Assembly: GCF_023585745.1 (NCBI RefSeq)
Contig: NZ_CP097762.1
Span: 570,001 to 602,000 of the forward strand
Source: Candidatus Saccharimonadota bacterium
GTDB lineage: Bacteria > Pseudomonadota > Gammaproteobacteria > Enterobacterales > Enterobacteriaceae
Reading direction: 5' to 3'
DNA: 32,000 nt
The notes under the pieces are model-generated. The model worked only from the letters and a program-made list of their open reading frames with translations, did no database searches and had not been told where the DNA came from. Below, piece after piece: positions 30,923 to 32,000 of the stretch (position 1 is its first letter; each line of letters opens with the position of its first letter). A program made the position numbers and the translations under genes.

Positions 30923-32000
30923 TTAATATAATATATTAGTCATTGTATTTAATTTCAATATAGTATTGATGATATGCTGAATAGCGTATTTTATCTCTGC
31001 TTCAGTAGTAAATCTACCAAAAGAAAATCGGATGGAATTATATGCAGTTTCATCTTTTTTGCCTAAAGCTTTTAATACGTGGGATGGATTTAATTCTCCA
31101 GATGCACAAGAAGCACCAGAAGATAAGGCAAAATCTTTTAATACTGTCATGAGTGTTTCTCCATCTATATTGTTAAAACTGATATTTAGTATCGTGTCAA
31201 CACTGTATTTTAGATCTCCATTAATTGATATACCTTCGATATGTTTTAGTCCTTTCCACAAATTATTTTTTAGTTTTTTTAATTGTATCATTTCGGTTGT
31301 CATTGTTTCTTGGGCTAAACGGTACGCTTCACCCATTCCAACGATTTGATGCACGGGGAGAGTTCCGGAACGTATATTATTTTCTTGACCACCTCCATGT
31401 ATTTGTGTAGTAAGATAAATTTTTGGGTCTCTATGTTTTCTAATATATAATCCACCGATTCCTTTTGGTCCATATATTTTATGGCTATTAAAAGACATTA
31501 AATCTACCGGCAGAATAGATAAATCAATGTGTAATTTCCCAACACTTTGTGTTGCATCTACGTGAAAAATTATATCATGTAGTCGACATAATTTACCAAT
31601 GCTTGCAATATCCTGTATAATGCCAATTTCGTTATTTACATGCATAATAGATACTAAAATAGTATCATCTTGTAGTAGTTTACTGATTTGATTTAAATTT
31701 ATTAATCCATTAGATTGTGGTATGATATAAGTAACTTTAAATCCGTTGCTTTCAAGGTATTTACAAGTATTTAAAACTGCTTTATGTTCTGTTGCGCTTG
31801 TAATAATATGTTTGCCTTTTTTTTGATAATTTTGACTTATTCCTTTTATAGCAAGATTTATTGACTCAGTAGCGCCAGATGTAAAAATAATTTCGCATGA
31901 CTCAGCCCCTATTAAGTTAGCGATTTGTTTGCGTGCTATATTTATTGCTGCTTCTGCTTTCCAGCCATAGTAATGGGAACGAGCCGATGGATTTCCAAAT
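30923..32000 (-). CDS. iscS: Cysteine desulfurase IscS (5' end lies beyond the window)
   Basis: The track starts at an internal Met (31645), but the frame stays open to position 32000. My reverse-complement translation there reads [31 protein letters not shown]...[14 protein letters not shown]...ITS.TEHKAVL. The rest carries the PLP-Lys context [12 protein letters not shown] and the catalytic Cys in SSGASCASG. About 45 N-terminal codons are missing from the window. Confidence 0.93.
   Translation of the reverse strand, partial: FGNPSARSHYYGWKAEAAINIARKQIANLIGAESCEIIFTSGATESINLAIKGISQNYQKKGKHIITSATEHKAVLNTCKYLESNGFKVTYIIPQSNGLINLNQISKLLQDDTILVSIMHVNNEIGIIQDIASIGKLCRLHDIIFHVDATQSVGKLHIDLSILPVDLMSFNSHKIYGPKGIGGLYIRKHRDPKIYLTTQIHGGGQENNIRSGTLPVHQIVGMGEAYRLAQETMTTEMIQLKKLKNNLWKGLKHIEGISINGDLKYSVDTILNISFNNIDGETLMTVLKDFALSSGASCASGELNPSHVLKALGKKDETAYNSIRFSFGRFTTEAEIKYAIQHIINTILKLNTMTNILY

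Noticed and set aside
31032-31410. ORFs 31032-31349(+) and 31225-31410(+), antisense to iscS
   Set aside because: They are shadow ORFs inside a conserved CDS.
1-32000. Search for CRISPR arrays, IS elements or transposases, phage or defence genes, rRNA and tRNA genes
   Set aside because: I saw no regularly spaced direct repeats, no transposase- or integrase-like ORFs, and no GC-enriched 70-90 nt segments with tRNA-like arms. Every ORF above 100 aa is accounted for by a housekeeping homologue.

Overview
This is a very AT-rich, gene-dense window. It has no mobile elements, CRISPR arrays, rRNA or tRNA genes that I can see. All convincing ORFs are housekeeping or nutritional genes. Their order and orientation follow the Escherichia coli K-12 segment ptsHI / cysPUWA / tkt / dapE / bamC-dapA / upp / guaBA / der-hisS-ispG-rlmN-ndk / iscS. 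Most of the intervening E. coli genes are deleted and replaced by AT-rich spacers of 0.2-1.4 kb. Two blocks break this synteny: a urease cluster ureDABC-(gap)-FG between upp and guaA, and mqo between guaB and der. Extreme AT bias, enterobacterial synteny, urease and sulfate uptake together point to a reduced gammaproteobacterial insect endosymbiont, most like Candidatus Blochmannia. That identification is an inference from memory, not a database hit. The main finding is a sharp reversal of strand composition in the guaB-mqo spacer (about 22.55-22.94 kb). The + strand has C>G and A>T to the left, and G>C and T>A to the right. This polarity fits a replication origin, I found no DnaA box there by eye, and a 68% GC island sits at the switch. 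Other points are listed below.
- A 109-aa minimal BamC that keeps only the lipobox and the N-terminal segment.
- No ureE in the urease cluster; a 34-bp perfect palindrome lies where it would be, and a 31-bp perfect palindrome lies downstream of ureG.
- An orphan iscS with no iscU/iscA/hscBA/fdx at this locus.
- Many in-frame A9-A10 tracts inside essential genes.
All coordinates, counts and alignments were done by eye, against protein sequences recalled from memory.
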